Position numbers and translations under genes: made by a program. A stretch of 64,000 nt of DNA from Vulcanimicrobiota bacterium (GTDB taxonomy: Bacteria; Vulcanimicrobiota; Vulcanimicrobiia; Vulcanimicrobiales; Vulcanimicrobiaceae), in contig CAVTCS010000003.1 in NCBI GenBank assembly GCA_963733295.1, positions 928,001 to 992,000 of the forward strand, in the 5' to 3' direction. The notes below the pieces were generated by a model, which saw only the letters and a program-made list of their open reading frames with translations, was not told the origin of the DNA and searched no databases. Positions 50,033 to 60,434 of the stretch are shown here, piece by piece. How positions within the stretch are numbered: the stretch's first letter is position 1; each line of letters starts with the position of its first letter.

Positions 50033-50959
50033 ATGACGACCATCGAAGCCCCGCAAGGCGCAAGCATCGAGATCCGCGAGCGCCGCGACAATTATGCCAA
50101 ATTCGTGATCGAACCGCTCGAACGCGGTTTCGGCATCACGCTCGGGAACTCGCTAAGGCGCGTTCTGCTCTCGACGATTCCCGGCGCCGCAGTCACCTAC
50201 GTCAAGATCGACGGCGTGCTGCACGAGTTCTCGACCATCCCCGGCATCGTCGAAGATACGACGAACCTGCTCCTCAATCTCAAGGGCTTGCCCATCAAGC
50301 TGAACAGCGACGAGCCGAAGGTGCTCTCGCTCTCCGTGAGCGGCGCGCGCGAGGTGACCGCCTCGGACATCTCGCCGGATGCCGACGTCGAGATCCTGCA
50401 GCCCGATTACCACATCGCCACGATGACGTCGAAGAGCGGCAAGCTTCAGATGGAAATCGGGGTGGAGAAGAGTCGCGGCTACGTGACGGCCGACCGCCAG
50501 CGCAACGTCGAACACATGATCGGGTTGATCCCGATGGATTCCATCTTCTCTCCGATCCGCAAGGTGAACTTCACCGTCGACGACACGCGCGTCGGGCAAT
50601 CGGTCGACTTCGACCGCCTCACGATCGAGATCGAGACGAACGGCTCGATCACTCCGGACGACGCACTTTCGACCTCGGCCGCGATCCTGCAAGAGCAGCT
50701 CGACCTCTTCGTCAACCTCAACAACGAGGAAAAGCCTCCTTCGACGGCTCCGGCCAGCGAATGGGACATTCCGGTCGAGACCCTGAACCTATCGGTCCGC
50801 TCGTTCAACTGCCTCAAACGTGCCGGCATTTCGAAAGTGTCGGAGCTGCTCGATATGACGGAAGACGAGATCATCAAGATGCGCAACTTCGGCAAGAAGT
50901 CGCTCGACGAGATCAAGCAAGTCCTCGAGGAAAGGGGTTTGTCGCTGCGCCAGCCGTAG
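50033..50959 (+). CDS. rpoA: RNA polymerase alpha subunit
   Basis: EPLERGFGITLGNSLRRVLLS, LSVRSFNCLKRAGI, NFGKKSL. Confidence 0.98.
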   Translation: MTTIEAPQGASIEIRERRDNYAKFVIEPLERGFGITLGNSLRRVLLSTIPGAAVTYVKIDGVLHEFSTIPGIVEDTTNLLLNLKGLPIKLNSDEPKVLSLSVSGAREVTASDISPDADVEILQPDYHIATMTSKSGKLQMEIGVEKSRGYVTADRQRNVEHMIGLIPMDSIFSPIRKVNFTVDDTRVGQSVDFDRLTIEIETNGSITPDDALSTSAAILQEQLDLFVNLNNEEKPPSTAPASEWDIPVETLNLSVRSFNCLKRAGISKVSELLDMTEDEIIKMRNFGKKSLDEIKQVLEERGLSLRQP

Positions 50960-50971
50960 TGACTTCGCACG

Positions 50972-51325
50972 ATGCCTCATCAGATTCACAGCAAGCGGCT
51001 TTCGCGGACCGACGGTCATCGCAAGGCGCTGCTGCGTAACCTCGCGACCTCGTTCTTCAAACACGAGAAGATCGAGACGACCTCGGCCAAAGCTAAGGAA
51101 GTCTCGAAGGTCGTCGAGCGCCTCATCACGACCGCCCGACGCGGCGACCTGCATTCGCGGCGCTTGATCGCCGCGTACCTGACGGAGCCTTCGGTCAGCA
51201 AGAAACTGATGGATCAGATTGCGCCGGCTCTGAAGGAACGCACCGGCGGCTACACGCGCATCGTCAAAACGCGCGTCCGCCCCGGCGATGCGGCCGAGCT
51301 CTCGATTCTGGAGTTGGTGCACTAG
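50972..51325 (+). CDS. rplQ: 50S ribosomal protein L17
   Basis: HRKALLRNLA, IETTSAKAKE, GGYTRIVK. Confidence 0.97.
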   Translation: MPHQIHSKRLSRTDGHRKALLRNLATSFFKHEKIETTSAKAKEVSKVVERLITTARRGDLHSRRLIAAYLTEPSVSKKLMDQIAPALKERTGGYTRIVKTRVRPGDAAELSILELVH

Positions 51326-51354
51326 TGTCGCGCCCCAGAGAGGCGCGACACTAG
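51322..51354. repeat. REP-like palindrome, perfect 13-bp stem
   Basis: ctagtgtcgcgcc-ccagaga-ggcgcgacactag; includes the rplQ stop; no U-tract. Confidence 0.8.
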
Positions 51355-51371
51355 CTCCAAGCTAGAGCGAT

Positions 51372-52742
51372 ATGGTCGCGAACAGTACCGAGCCGCTACA
51401 ACTCACGCCGGTGGTGCGTGAGTTCGTGGCGGACACGCTGACCCCGATATCCGCCTATCTCGCCCTGGCCACTCCGGGGCGTTCCTGTTTGCTCGAGTCG
51501 GTCGAAGGCACCGATCGGATCGCGCGCTTCTCGTTTTTGGGTCTCGACTATCTCGAGACCGCGCCGATCGACGACGACCCGCACATGCTCGACCGCATTC
51601 GTGCAATCGTCGGCCGCTACAAGGTCGAGCGAAGCGGCCTGCCGTTCCCCGGCGGAGCCGTGTGTGCGTTCACCTACGATGCGGCGCGCGTGCTGGAGCG
51701 AATCGGACCGAAGCCCCCGGCGGACGTCGCCTTCGCCGACGCGCTCGTCGTGGTACCGGGTACGTGGGTCGTCTTCGATCACTTCACGCACAAGGTCGTA
51801 CTGATCGCCTTTGCCCGGGATGCGGCCGAGAGCGTCGCGGCCGAAGACCGGCTCGACCGCTACATCGCTGCGCTGCTCGCGGTTCGCCCCTCGATTCCGG
51901 GAAACGTCTGCGCCCGCGGCCGCGTGCGCGAATCGCTCGACCGGGCGAGTTTCCTCGCTCGCGTCGCCGAAGCCAAACGCTCGATCTATGAAGGCGACGT
52001 CTATCAGCTGCAGCTGGGGGTGCGCTTTTCGTGCGAACTCGACGGCACGCCCTTCGACTTTTACCGCCAGATTCGCGCGCGCAATCCGTCGCCGTACATG
52101 TTTTTCTTCGAGGCGGAGGGGCGCGCGATCTTCGGAGCGTCGCCGGAATTCTTGGTCCGTCTCGACGAGGGGCGCGCGCGCCTGCGCCCGCTCGCGGGAA
52201 CGCGTCCCCGCGGCGATTCGGTCGAACGCGATAACGCGATCGCGAGCGAGCTCCTGGCGAACGAGAAAGAGCGTGCCGAGCACGTGATGCTGGTCGATCT
52301 GGGGCGCAACGATCTGGGTGCGGTGTGCAAGATCGGCAGCGTACGTGTCGACGAGTTGATGGTGGTCGAACGCTACAGCCACGTGATGCACATCGTCTCG
52401 AACGTCATGGGCGAGTTGCGCGATGACAAAGACGCGCTGGATCTGTTCGCTGCGGCGTTTCCCGCGGGAACGGTGACCGGCACTCCGAAAATCCGCGCGA
52501 TGCAGCGAATCGACGAGCTCGAGCCGGTCGCGCGCGGTTTCTATGCGGGCAGCGTGGCCCATTTGGATTTCGACGGGAATATGGACTCGTGCATCGTTCT
52601 GCGCAGCGTCGCGACGGCGGGCGGCCGCGCCTATTGGCAAGCCTCGGCCGGGATCGTCGCGGACAGCGATCCCGAGGCCGAGTACCAGGAAGTTTTCGCC
52701 AAAACGCGGATCGTGCGCGACGTTCTGGGACTGGACCGCTGA
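51372..52742 (+). CDS. trpE: anthranilate synthase component I
   Basis: LLESVEG, NPSPYMF, GASPEFLV, AEHVMLVDLGRND. Confidence 0.93.
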   Translation: MVANSTEPLQLTPVVREFVADTLTPISAYLALATPGRSCLLESVEGTDRIARFSFLGLDYLETAPIDDDPHMLDRIRAIVGRYKVERSGLPFPGGAVCAFTYDAARVLERIGPKPPADVAFADALVVVPGTWVVFDHFTHKVVLIAFARDAAESVAAEDRLDRYIAALLAVRPSIPGNVCARGRVRESLDRASFLARVAEAKRSIYEGDVYQLQLGVRFSCELDGTPFDFYRQIRARNPSPYMFFFEAEGRAIFGASPEFLVRLDEGRARLRPLAGTRPRGDSVERDNAIASELLANEKERAEHVMLVDLGRNDLGAVCKIGSVRVDELMVVERYSHVMHIVSNVMGELRDDKDALDLFAAAFPAGTVTGTPKIRAMQRIDELEPVARGFYAGSVAHLDFDGNMDSCIVLRSVATAGGRAYWQASAGIVADSDPEAEYQEVFAKTRIVRDVLGLDR

Positions 52743-53321
52743 ATGCGCCTCCTGCTGGTCGACAACTACGATTCGTTCACGTATAACCTCGCCCACCTGT
52801 TCGGCGAACTGGGCGCCGACGTCAGCGTTCTGCGCAACGACGATGCCGCTCTCGAGCGAAAGTGCGTTGCCGGCACGGATGCCGTTTGCATCGGCCCCGG
52901 CCCCGGGCGGCCCCGCGAAGCTGGAAAGACCTCCGACGTCATCGCTTGGAGTCTCGCCGAAGGGCGTCCGCTGCTCGGCGTTTGTCTGGGACTGCAAGCC
53001 ATCGGCGAACATTTCGGCGGCGTCGTGACGCACGCGCCCGCGCTGATGCACGGCAAGACGTCGGCGATCGCGCACGACGCCAGCGGCGTGTTTGCCGGCA
53101 TCCCTTCGCCCTTCGAAGCGACGCGTTACCACTCGCTGTGCGTCGCCGGTTCGCCTTTCCCCGCGGAACTGCGAGCGAACGCGACGAGCGAAGACGGGGT
53201 GATCCAAGGCTTGGCACACCGCACCCTGCCGGTTTACGGCGTGCAGTTTCATCCGGAATCGATTTTGACACCGCAGGGACCCCGCTTGTTTGCGAACTTT
53301 CTGGAACTGAGCGCGCGGTGA
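52743..53321 (+). CDS. trpG: anthranilate synthase component II
   Basis: DNYDSFTYNL, GVCLGLQ, QFHPES. Confidence 0.92.
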   Translation: MRLLLVDNYDSFTYNLAHLFGELGADVSVLRNDDAALERKCVAGTDAVCIGPGPGRPREAGKTSDVIAWSLAEGRPLLGVCLGLQAIGEHFGGVVTHAPALMHGKTSAIAHDASGVFAGIPSPFEATRYHSLCVAGSPFPAELRANATSEDGVIQGLAHRTLPVYGVQFHPESILTPQGPRLFANFLELSAR

Positions 53322-54340
53322 GCGACTTCCCCGCGCTCTTGCGCGTTCTCGTCGCGGGCAACGACCTAACCGCCGAACAGATGGCCTTCGCGATCGGAGC
53401 GATGATGGATGGGGACTGGACGCTGGTCCAAGCCGCCGGATTCCTCGCGGCGCTCGCGACGAAAGGCGAGACGCCAGCAGAACTCGTCGGTGCCGCCGAA
53501 GCGATGCGGGCGCGCAGCCTTCACGTCGAACACGATCTCCCGCTCGTCGTGGACACCTGCGGCACGGGTGGCGACGGCTCGCACACGATCAACGTGTCGA
53601 CCCTCGTCGGCTTCATCGTCGCAGCTTGCGGTGCACCCGTCGCAAAGCACGGCAACCGCGCCGCGTCGAGCCGCTGCGGGAGCGCCGACGTCCTCGAGGC
53701 CGCCGGCGTGGCGATCGAGGCGCCGCCCGAAACGTCGCGCGTCCGCTTGGAACGCGACGGCTTCGCCTTCCTCTTCGCGCAGCAGTATCACCCGACGCTG
53801 CGCGCGGTCTCGCCGGTCAGGCGCGATCTGCGGGTCCGCACGATTTTCAACCTGCTCGGTCCGCTCACGAACCCGGCGCGCGCTACTCACCAAGTCATCG
53901 GCGTGGCGCACGCGGCGCACCTCGAGTTGATCGGCGACGCGCTGCAAGGTCTCGGTGCGGCAGCCGGCGCCGTCATACATGCCAAGAACGGCATCGACGA
54001 AATCGCGGGCGACGCGCCCAGCGAGGTGTTCCAGTTCGACGGTTCGAGCGCGCGGCGCTGGTTGCTGGACCCGGGCGATTTCGGCGTGAACGTTCCGCTC
54101 GAGGCGTTGGCGGGCGGTAACCCAGAAGCCAACGCTGCCTCGCTGCGCTCGCTGCTCGAAGGCGAACGCTCGCCGCGCGCCGCCGTCGTCGCGCTCAATG
54201 CTGCCCTGGCGCTCATCGTGGCCCGGCGAGCCGGTTCGATGCGCGAAGGTTTAGGTTTGGCCCATGCCAGTCTGTCCGACGGTTCGGCACTCGGAGTTTT
54301 CGAGTCGTTGCGCCGTCCCGCCGAGTTGGAGTTCGCATGA
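53318..54340 (+). CDS. trpD: anthranilate phosphoribosyltransferase
   Basis: DTCGTGGDG, KHGNRAASS, RTIFNLLGPL. Confidence 0.96.
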   Translation: MSDFPALLRVLVAGNDLTAEQMAFAIGAMMDGDWTLVQAAGFLAALATKGETPAELVGAAEAMRARSLHVEHDLPLVVDTCGTGGDGSHTINVSTLVGFIVAACGAPVAKHGNRAASSRCGSADVLEAAGVAIEAPPETSRVRLERDGFAFLFAQQYHPTLRAVSPVRRDLRVRTIFNLLGPLTNPARATHQVIGVAHAAHLELIGDALQGLGAAAGAVIHAKNGIDEIAGDAPSEVFQFDGSSARRWLLDPGDFGVNVPLEALAGGNPEANAASLRSLLEGERSPRAAVVALNAALALIVARRAGSMREGLGLAHASLSDGSALGVFESLRRPAELEFA

Positions 54341-55143
54341 CCGACATCTTGGAAAGACTCTTCGCCGCCAAAGCAAACGCACTCGCGGAAGAAGAAGCGC
54401 GCGAACCGTATCCGGTCGTCGCCGAACGGGCCGAGCGCCGGCGCGGCGAGCGGCGCTCGTTTTCGCAAGCGCTGCGCGCTTCGCGCGGACCGGCCGTCGT
54501 CGCCGAGATAAAACGCGCCTCACCTTCGGTCGGCTTGATCGCACGGAAGTTCGATGCAGCGGTCGTCGCTTCGAGCTACGAAGTGGCGGGCGCCGACGCG
54601 ATCAGCGTGCTGACCGAAGCCGACCACTTTCTCGGCGAACTCGCCTACCTCGACGTTGCCCGCTCGCACAGTACGCGTCCCATCTTACGCAAAGACTTTC
54701 TGTCGACGCCCTACCAGGTGGCGCAATCGGCGGCGTACGGGGCCGACGCGATCCTGCTGATCGTGGCCGGGTTGGACGATGCGACGCTGCAGCGGCTGTG
54801 CGAAGAGGCGCAACGTTTCGACCTCGAAACGCTGGTGGAAGTCCACGATGAAGAAGAGCTGCTGCGGGCGCTCGAGCTGGAGAGCTCGATCGTCGGAATC
54901 AACAATCGCGACTTGCGTACCTTCGAGACCGACTTGGGCGTGACCGAGCACCTCTTGCCGCTCGTTCCCTCGGCGACGCTGGTCATCAGCGAGAGCGGGG
55001 TCCAGACCGCGGCCGACATCGCACGCTTGTACGCCTGCGGTGCGCGCGGCTTTCTCATCGGCGAAACGTTGATGCGGGCTGAGGATTCGGCCGCGCTGAT
55101 CGCGGAGTTCAAGGGCGCCAAGTTGGCCGAGCGCGTGCCGTGA
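54337..55143 (+). CDS. trpC: indole-3-glycerol-phosphate synthase
   Basis: AEIKRASPS, LRKDF, GINNRDL, SESG. Confidence 0.96.
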   Translation: MTDILERLFAAKANALAEEEAREPYPVVAERAERRRGERRSFSQALRASRGPAVVAEIKRASPSVGLIARKFDAAVVASSYEVAGADAISVLTEADHFLGELAYLDVARSHSTRPILRKDFLSTPYQVAQSAAYGADAILLIVAGLDDATLQRLCEEAQRFDLETLVEVHDEEELLRALELESSIVGINNRDLRTFETDLGVTEHLLPLVPSATLVISESGVQTAADIARLYACGARGFLIGETLMRAEDSAALIAEFKGAKLAERVP

Positions 55144-55790
55144 AGGCCCGCGCGGGGCGCACCCGTATCAAATTTTGCGGGATGCGGTCGCCACGCGACG
55201 TGGCCCTGGCCGTCGCCGCGGGCGTCGATGCCGTGGGTGTGATCTTCGCGGAGAGTCCGCGGCGCGTGAGTTTCGACTCGTTACGCGAGATCGCAATGGC
55301 GATCCCGCCCTTCGTCACGAAGATCGGCGTCGTCGCAAACGGGACCGAAGACGAGACGGCCCGACTTCGCGCGCACGGCTTCATGCTGCAATTCAGCGGC
55401 GGCGAATCGCCGGAGGTCTGCCAAAAAGCGTCCGGCGGGCTGCCGTACGTAAAGGTCTTTCACATCCGCAGCGGCGTCGCATACGAACCCGAAGACTTCG
55501 CCGAGCTCGAGGCTTTCGCAAATTCGCTTTGGATGTTCGACGCGAAGGAGGACGGGCGTCAAGGCGGGAGCGGCATCCCGTTCATGTGGCCGACCGTCGA
55601 ACCGATCGCCCGCGAGCGGCCGATCGTCGTGGCCGGAGGCTTGACGCCCGACAACGTGGGCGACTGCGTCCGGCTGCTGCGGCCGTACGCGGTCGACGTT
55701 CGCAGCGGTATCGAAACCGACGGTGAGAAGGATGCCGACAAGATGCTTGCCTTCGTGCGAGCGGTGAGGCAAGCCGATGCGGAAGCCTGA
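55140..55790 (+). CDS. trpF: phosphoribosylanthranilate isomerase
   Basis: [27 protein letters not shown]. Confidence 0.93.
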   Translation: MKARAGRTRIKFCGMRSPRDVALAVAAGVDAVGVIFAESPRRVSFDSLREIAMAIPPFVTKIGVVANGTEDETARLRAHGFMLQFSGGESPEVCQKASGGLPYVKVFHIRSGVAYEPEDFAELEAFANSLWMFDAKEDGRQGGSGIPFMWPTVEPIARERPIVVAGGLTPDNVGDCVRLLRPYAVDVRSGIETDGEKDADKMLAFVRAVRQADAEA

Positions 55791-56979
55791 CGCGCGCGGT
55801 TATTTCGGCGAGTTTGGCGGCAGCTTCGTGCCCGAGGTGCTCGTCGCGGCGCTGCGCGAGCTCGAGGCGGCGATGGAAGGGGCCTTCGCCGATCCGCTTT
55901 TCTGGACCGAGTATCATGCCTTGCTGCGAGATTTCGTCGGGCGGCCTTCGCCCATCATGGAAGCGCAGCGGCTCTCCGGCGATAGTCGCGCGGCGCGGCT
56001 CGTGTTCAAGCGGGAAGATCTCAACCATACCGGCGCGCACAAGATCAACAACACGGTCGGTCAAGGACTGCTCGCGGCGCGCATGGGCAAGCGCCGCATC
56101 ATCGCCGAGACCGGCGCCGGACAGCACGGCGTCGCGACCGCGACGATCGGCGCGAAGCTCGGCATTCCGGTCGACGTTTTCATGGGCGCGAACGACGTCG
56201 AACGCCAGTCGCTCAACGTCTATGTGATGGAGCTGCTCGGCGCGCGCGTTCACCCCGTGACCAGCGGGACGCAAACGCTCAAGGACGCGACGAACGAGGC
56301 GTTTCGGGAATGGGCCGGCCGGGTCGACGATACGTTCTATTGCATCGGCAGCGTCGTCGGCGCGCATCCGTACCCGTATATGGTTCGCGAATTTCAGAAG
56401 GTGATCGGCATCGAGGCGCGCGCGCAAATCCTGGAGCGCTACGGCCGCTTGCCGAGCGACGTCGTCGCCTGCGTCGGCGGCGGCAGCAACGCGATGGGCA
56501 TTTTCGCCGGCTTCGTCGACGATCCGGAGGTGAAGCTGTGGGGCGTCGAAGCGGCCGGCCACGGCATCGCCTCGCCGGATACCGCCGCGTCGCTGGGTGC
56601 GGGAAGCGTCGGCGTGTTACACGGATCGCGCTCCTATCTCTTGCAAACGGCGCAAGGTCAGGTGCGCAATACGCACTCGATCAGCGCCGGCCTCGACTAT
56701 CCGGGAGTGGGCCCGGAGCACGCGTTCCTCAAAGAGAGCGGCCGAGCCGTTTACGTTTCGGCGGACGATGACGAGGCGTTGGCGGCATTTCATCGCTGTG
56801 CCGAACGCGAGGGAATCGTCCCCGCGCTCGAGTCGGCTCACGCGCTGGCGTATGCGCAACGGCTCGCGTCCGAGCGTGGATCCAGCGGACTCGTGTTGGT
56901 GAATCTCAGCGGACGAGGCGACAAAGACACGCGCCAAGTCGCGGAACTCGAAGGCTCGCGCCTCGCCGGCCACCGATGA
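55777..56979 (+). CDS. trpB: tryptophan synthase beta chain
   Basis: [35 protein letters not shown]. Confidence 0.98.
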   Translation: MRKPDARGYFGEFGGSFVPEVLVAALRELEAAMEGAFADPLFWTEYHALLRDFVGRPSPIMEAQRLSGDSRAARLVFKREDLNHTGAHKINNTVGQGLLAARMGKRRIIAETGAGQHGVATATIGAKLGIPVDVFMGANDVERQSLNVYVMELLGARVHPVTSGTQTLKDATNEAFREWAGRVDDTFYCIGSVVGAHPYPYMVREFQKVIGIEARAQILERYGRLPSDVVACVGGGSNAMGIFAGFVDDPEVKLWGVEAAGHGIASPDTAASLGAGSVGVLHGSRSYLLQTAQGQVRNTHSISAGLDYPGVGPEHAFLKESGRAVYVSADDDEALAAFHRCAEREGIVPALESAHALAYAQRLASERGSSGLVLVNLSGRGDKDTRQVAELEGSRLAGHR

Positions 56980-57836
56980 GTCCGACCCTGAGCGGCGTCG
57001 AAGCTCTCGAGGCGGTCTTCGTTCGCGCGCGCAGCGAACGGCGCGGCGCACTGATCCCCTATCTTTGCGCCGGCGACCCGGACTTGCAGACGAGCGAAGC
57101 GCTCCTGGATGCGCTCGTGACGAGCGGCGTCGTCGATGCGATCGAACTCGGGATCCCCTACGGCGATCCGCTGGCCGATGGTCCGACGATCGCGGCAGCC
57201 GCTCAGCGCGCACTGGAGGCGGGGGCTTCGCTCGAGACCACGCTCGAGCTCGCGCGGCGCGCGCGCGAGCGCGGCGCTCCGCCGATCCTCTTTTTCACCT
57301 ATTTCAATCCAATCGCGCAGTACGGGTTGGAGCGTTTTGCCGCGGCGAGCGTCGCTGCCGGGGCGGCAGGCGCGATCGTTCCGGATCTTCCGCTCGAGGA
57401 GAGCGGTCCGTTGCGGGAAGTCTTCGGACGTCACGGACTGGCGATGCCACTTCTCATCGCACCCACGACGCCGGCCGGACGCGCCCTGCGCATCGCCGAG
57501 TCGAGCGACGCCTTCGTCTATCTCGTTTCGCGACTGGGCGTGACGAGTGCCTCACGAGATCCCGATTTCCGGTGGGTGGGACAACGCGTTGCGGCGCTGC
57601 GACGCCAAACGCAGCGGCCGATTGCGGTGGGCTTCGGAATCGCGACGCCGGCTCACGTCCGGTCCGCCGTCGAGCTCGCCGACGGCGCGATCGTGGGGAG
57701 TGCGCTGATCGACGCATACGCCGGACTCATCGGCGAGCCGGCCGTCGAGCGCGTCCGCACGCTGATCGCCGAGTTGGGGGAGGCTCGTCTTCGGCTGGCG
57801 CGTTCGGGGCCGGGGGACAGCCGTCCGGTCCGTTGA
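56976..57836 (+). CDS. trpA: tryptophan synthase alpha chain
   Basis: [30 protein letters not shown]. Confidence 0.96.
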   Translation: MSPTLSGVEALEAVFVRARSERRGALIPYLCAGDPDLQTSEALLDALVTSGVVDAIELGIPYGDPLADGPTIAAAAQRALEAGASLETTLELARRARERGAPPILFFTYFNPIAQYGLERFAAASVAAGAAGAIVPDLPLEESGPLREVFGRHGLAMPLLIAPTTPAGRALRIAESSDAFVYLVSRLGVTSASRDPDFRWVGQRVAALRRQTQRPIAVGFGIATPAHVRSAVELADGAIVGSALIDAYAGLIGEPAVERVRTLIAELGEARLRLARSGPGDSRPVR

Positions 57837-57881
57837 AACGGGCGGTACCGAAACGCTCACGCACTGCTCTGGAGAAGGACG

Positions 57882-58154
57882 ATGAATACCAGGGGCTATG
57901 TTTTTTGCTTCGGCATGGCGATCGTCGCCGTGTCCTCGTGGATTCGCCCGACCGGTTCGGCGCTAGCTGCCGCGCAACCGACCTATGAATACATGGTTCT
58001 CCCCGTTCAAGTTGGGGTCGAGGGACTTGCCCGTGCTCTCAACGCCGCGGGCGCAAAGGGGTGGCGAACCTCGAACGGCGCCTGCGCGCGGTACGACAAC
58101 ATTAACGCGAATACGTTCTGTGATAACTTGGTGCTCGTTCGCGAGCGACCATAG
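57882..58154 (+). CDS. small secreted DUF4177-like protein
   Basis: Signal peptide; YEYMV..LNAAGAKGW..LVLVR pattern; SD-like GGAGAAGGA. Confidence 0.6.
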   Translation: MNTRGYVFCFGMAIVAVSSWIRPTGSALAAAQPTYEYMVLPVQVGVEGLARALNAAGAKGWRTSNGACARYDNINANTFCDNLVLVRERP

Positions 58155-58237
58155 AGCGCGCGTGGCGCAACGTACCCGCCGGACGACGCGGCTTTCGCTG
58201 AGAGCCCGGCGGTACCGAAGAATATGCGATTCGTCTT

Positions 58238-58287
58238 TGGGGTCCCGCGCGGCTCCGTAGTGCCAGGCACCCCGCGAAGTGGGGTGC
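58238..58287 (+). repeat. three-hairpin element, internally deleted copy 4
   Basis: 5' end tggggtcccgcgcggc joined to 36 nt identical to copy 1 (33173-33208). Confidence 0.88.
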
Positions 58288-58322
58288 AATTTAAAAGCTG
58301 TTCTCGCCCGGGGGTTACCGCT

Positions 58323-59549
58323 TTGAGAAAATTACGTCTTTTTCTAGCGACTTTGCTCGCGCTTTCACCCAGCCTCGCTTTTGGGGCTCCGCGCGCTAGC
58401 GCCGACGACACGACGATCGTCTTCGGCGCAGCTTTAGCGGCGACCGGCCGCGATGCGCGCGAGGGCGCGCTGACCAAAGAGGGCTACGATTTCTGGAAAG
58501 ATTACGTCAATTCGCACGGCGGCATAAAGGTCGGCGGGAAGACGTACAAAGTCGACATTCTCTATGCCGACGACGAGACGAATCCGCAAACGTCGGCACG
58601 CCTCGTCGAGAAATTCATAAGCCAAGACCATGTGAACTTCATCCTGGGCCCCTACGGGTCGGCGACGTCGGCAACGACCGCGCAAGTCGTGGAGCGTCTC
58701 AAGGTTCCCATGGTCGAAGCGAACGGCGCGGCTGAAAGCATCTTTAGCCACGGCTACAAATATACGTTCGCGGTCCTTTCGCCGGCGCGCCGGTACCTCG
58801 AGGGCGTGATCGAAATGGCGTTGACGCTCAAACCGGCGCCCAAAAGCCTCGCCGTCGTCTACGCAAACGATGCGTTCTCAACCGAGGTCGCGCAGGGCGC
58901 GGCGACGTACGCTTTCTCGCGCCGCATGCAGGTCGTCTACAACAACAAGTATCCGGCCGATACGACCGACCTCTCCGGGATCGTGAGTGCGATCAAAGCT
59001 TCGAATCCGGATCTTATCCTCAACGGCGGCCATCTGCAAGACGCGTTGCTTCTGCAGAAGGGTCTCAAAGAACAGAACGTCCTGGCCAAGGCCTATGCAT
59101 ATTCCGTCGGTCCGGACACGCCGGATTTCCGCAAATCCCTCGGCAGCGACGCCAACTACGTTTTCGGCGGCACTCAGTGGTCGGTAACCGCCAAGTACAA
59201 GGGCGTTCCGGGCTTTATCCAGACGTCGCAAGAGTACGCGAAGGAGTTCGCTGCGAAGTTCGGACACGCGCCGGACTATCACAATGCCGAATCGTCCGCC
59301 GGTTGTCTCGCGTTCCAGTACGCAATCGAAAACGCCGGCTCGCTCGATCCGCAGAAAGTCCGCGACGCGCTGGCGGCGCTCGACGTCGTGACCTTCTACG
59401 GATTGTTGAAATTCGATTCGCGGGGTATGAACGTCTACAAGCCGATGGCGGTCAATCAGATCCAGAACGGTGAGCTGGTGACCGTCTGGCCCAGCGCCGT
59501 CGCCAATGCGAAGCCGATGTATCCCGCTCCGGACTGGTCCAAGCGTTAG
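58323..59549 (+). CDS. Liv-type ABC transporter substrate-binding protein
   Basis: Signal peptide from TTG 58323; NSHGGI, ILGPYGS; frame also open from ATG 58224. Confidence 0.9.
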   Translation: MRKLRLFLATLLALSPSLAFGAPRASADDTTIVFGAALAATGRDAREGALTKEGYDFWKDYVNSHGGIKVGGKTYKVDILYADDETNPQTSARLVEKFISQDHVNFILGPYGSATSATTAQVVERLKVPMVEANGAAESIFSHGYKYTFAVLSPARRYLEGVIEMALTLKPAPKSLAVVYANDAFSTEVAQGAATYAFSRRMQVVYNNKYPADTTDLSGIVSAIKASNPDLILNGGHLQDALLLQKGLKEQNVLAKAYAYSVGPDTPDFRKSLGSDANYVFGGTQWSVTAKYKGVPGFIQTSQEYAKEFAAKFGHAPDYHNAESSAGCLAFQYAIENAGSLDPQKVRDALAALDVVTFYGLLKFDSRGMNVYKPMAVNQIQNGELVTVWPSAVANAKPMYPAPDWSKR

Positions 59550-59567
59550 TGCGAAACTGACCCGCGG

Positions 59568-60434
59568 ATGGAGCTGTTCCTCCAGACGCTGGTAAATGGA
59601 ATTTTGGCCGGAGGGATTCTGGCGGTCGTCGCGCTCGGCTTCAGTCTGGTCTGGGGCATCATGAACATCATCAACTTGGCGCACGGCGCGTTCGTGATGT
59701 TGGGAGCCTACCTCGCGTACGTTCTGTTCTCAACGTACCACATCGACCCGTTCTTCAGCGTTCCGATCGCTTTCGTCGCGATGTTCGGGGTCGGGTACCT
59801 GATCCAGCGGTTCCTTATCAACTTCGTTGTGCGCGCGCCGATTCTGACGACGTTCCTGCTCACCTTCGGCCTGTCGCTCTTGATCGTCAACCTCGCGCTG
59901 CTCGTCTTTCATGGTGACGCCAAGGCCGTGACGACGGTCTATTCCGGCTCGAATTTTTCACTCGGCCCGGTCGTCGTGCCCTGGGTAAAGCTTTGGACGC
60001 TGATCGTCGCGCTCGCGATCACGGCTTCGATGCAAGTCTACTTGACCCGGACGCGCGAAGGTCGCGCGATACGGGCAACCGCGCTCGACATCGGAGCGGC
60101 GCAGCTCTCGGGCGTTCGCGTCGCGCACCTCTACGCCGTGGTATTCGGCCTGGGAGCGGGACTCGCCGGCGCGGCCGGCGTCCTCGTCAGCTTGTCGTAT
60201 CCGCTCAACCCTTCGATGGGCGATCCGTTCATCATCACAGCGTTCGTCGTCTGCGTGCTGGGCGGTCTGGGCAGCGTGCAAGGCGCGCTCGTCGGCGGAA
60301 TCGTTTACGGCGTCATCGAGGCCTTCGGCTCGGAATTCGTGAGCACGGGCTTACCCGATGCGATCGCGCTCGTCGTGCTCCTGGTCGTCCTGATCGTACG
60401 GCCGACCGGCATCATGGGAAAAGCGACCGCATGA
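59568..60434 (+). CDS. livH: branched-chain amino acid ABC permease (LivH-like)
   Basis: ALGFSLVWGIMNIINLAHG, VLGGLGS. Confidence 0.85.
   Translation: MELFLQTLVNGILAGGILAVVALGFSLVWGIMNIINLAHGAFVMLGAYLAYVLFSTYHIDPFFSVPIAFVAMFGVGYLIQRFLINFVVRAPILTTFLLTFGLSLLIVNLALLVFHGDAKAVTTVYSGSNFSLGPVVVPWVKLWTLIVALAITASMQVYLTRTREGRAIRATALDIGAAQLSGVRVAHLYAVVFGLGAGLAGAAGVLVSLSYPLNPSMGDPFIITAFVVCVLGGLGSVQGALVGGIVYGVIEAFGSEFVSTGLPDAIALVVLLVVLIVRPTGIMGKATA

Noticed and set aside
51396..53252. Long antisense ORFs (e.g. 51396-53252, 4741-6408, 23989-25539, 22463-23959)
   Set aside because: Shadow ORFs opposite well-identified genes, expected at high GC, with no recognisable motifs.
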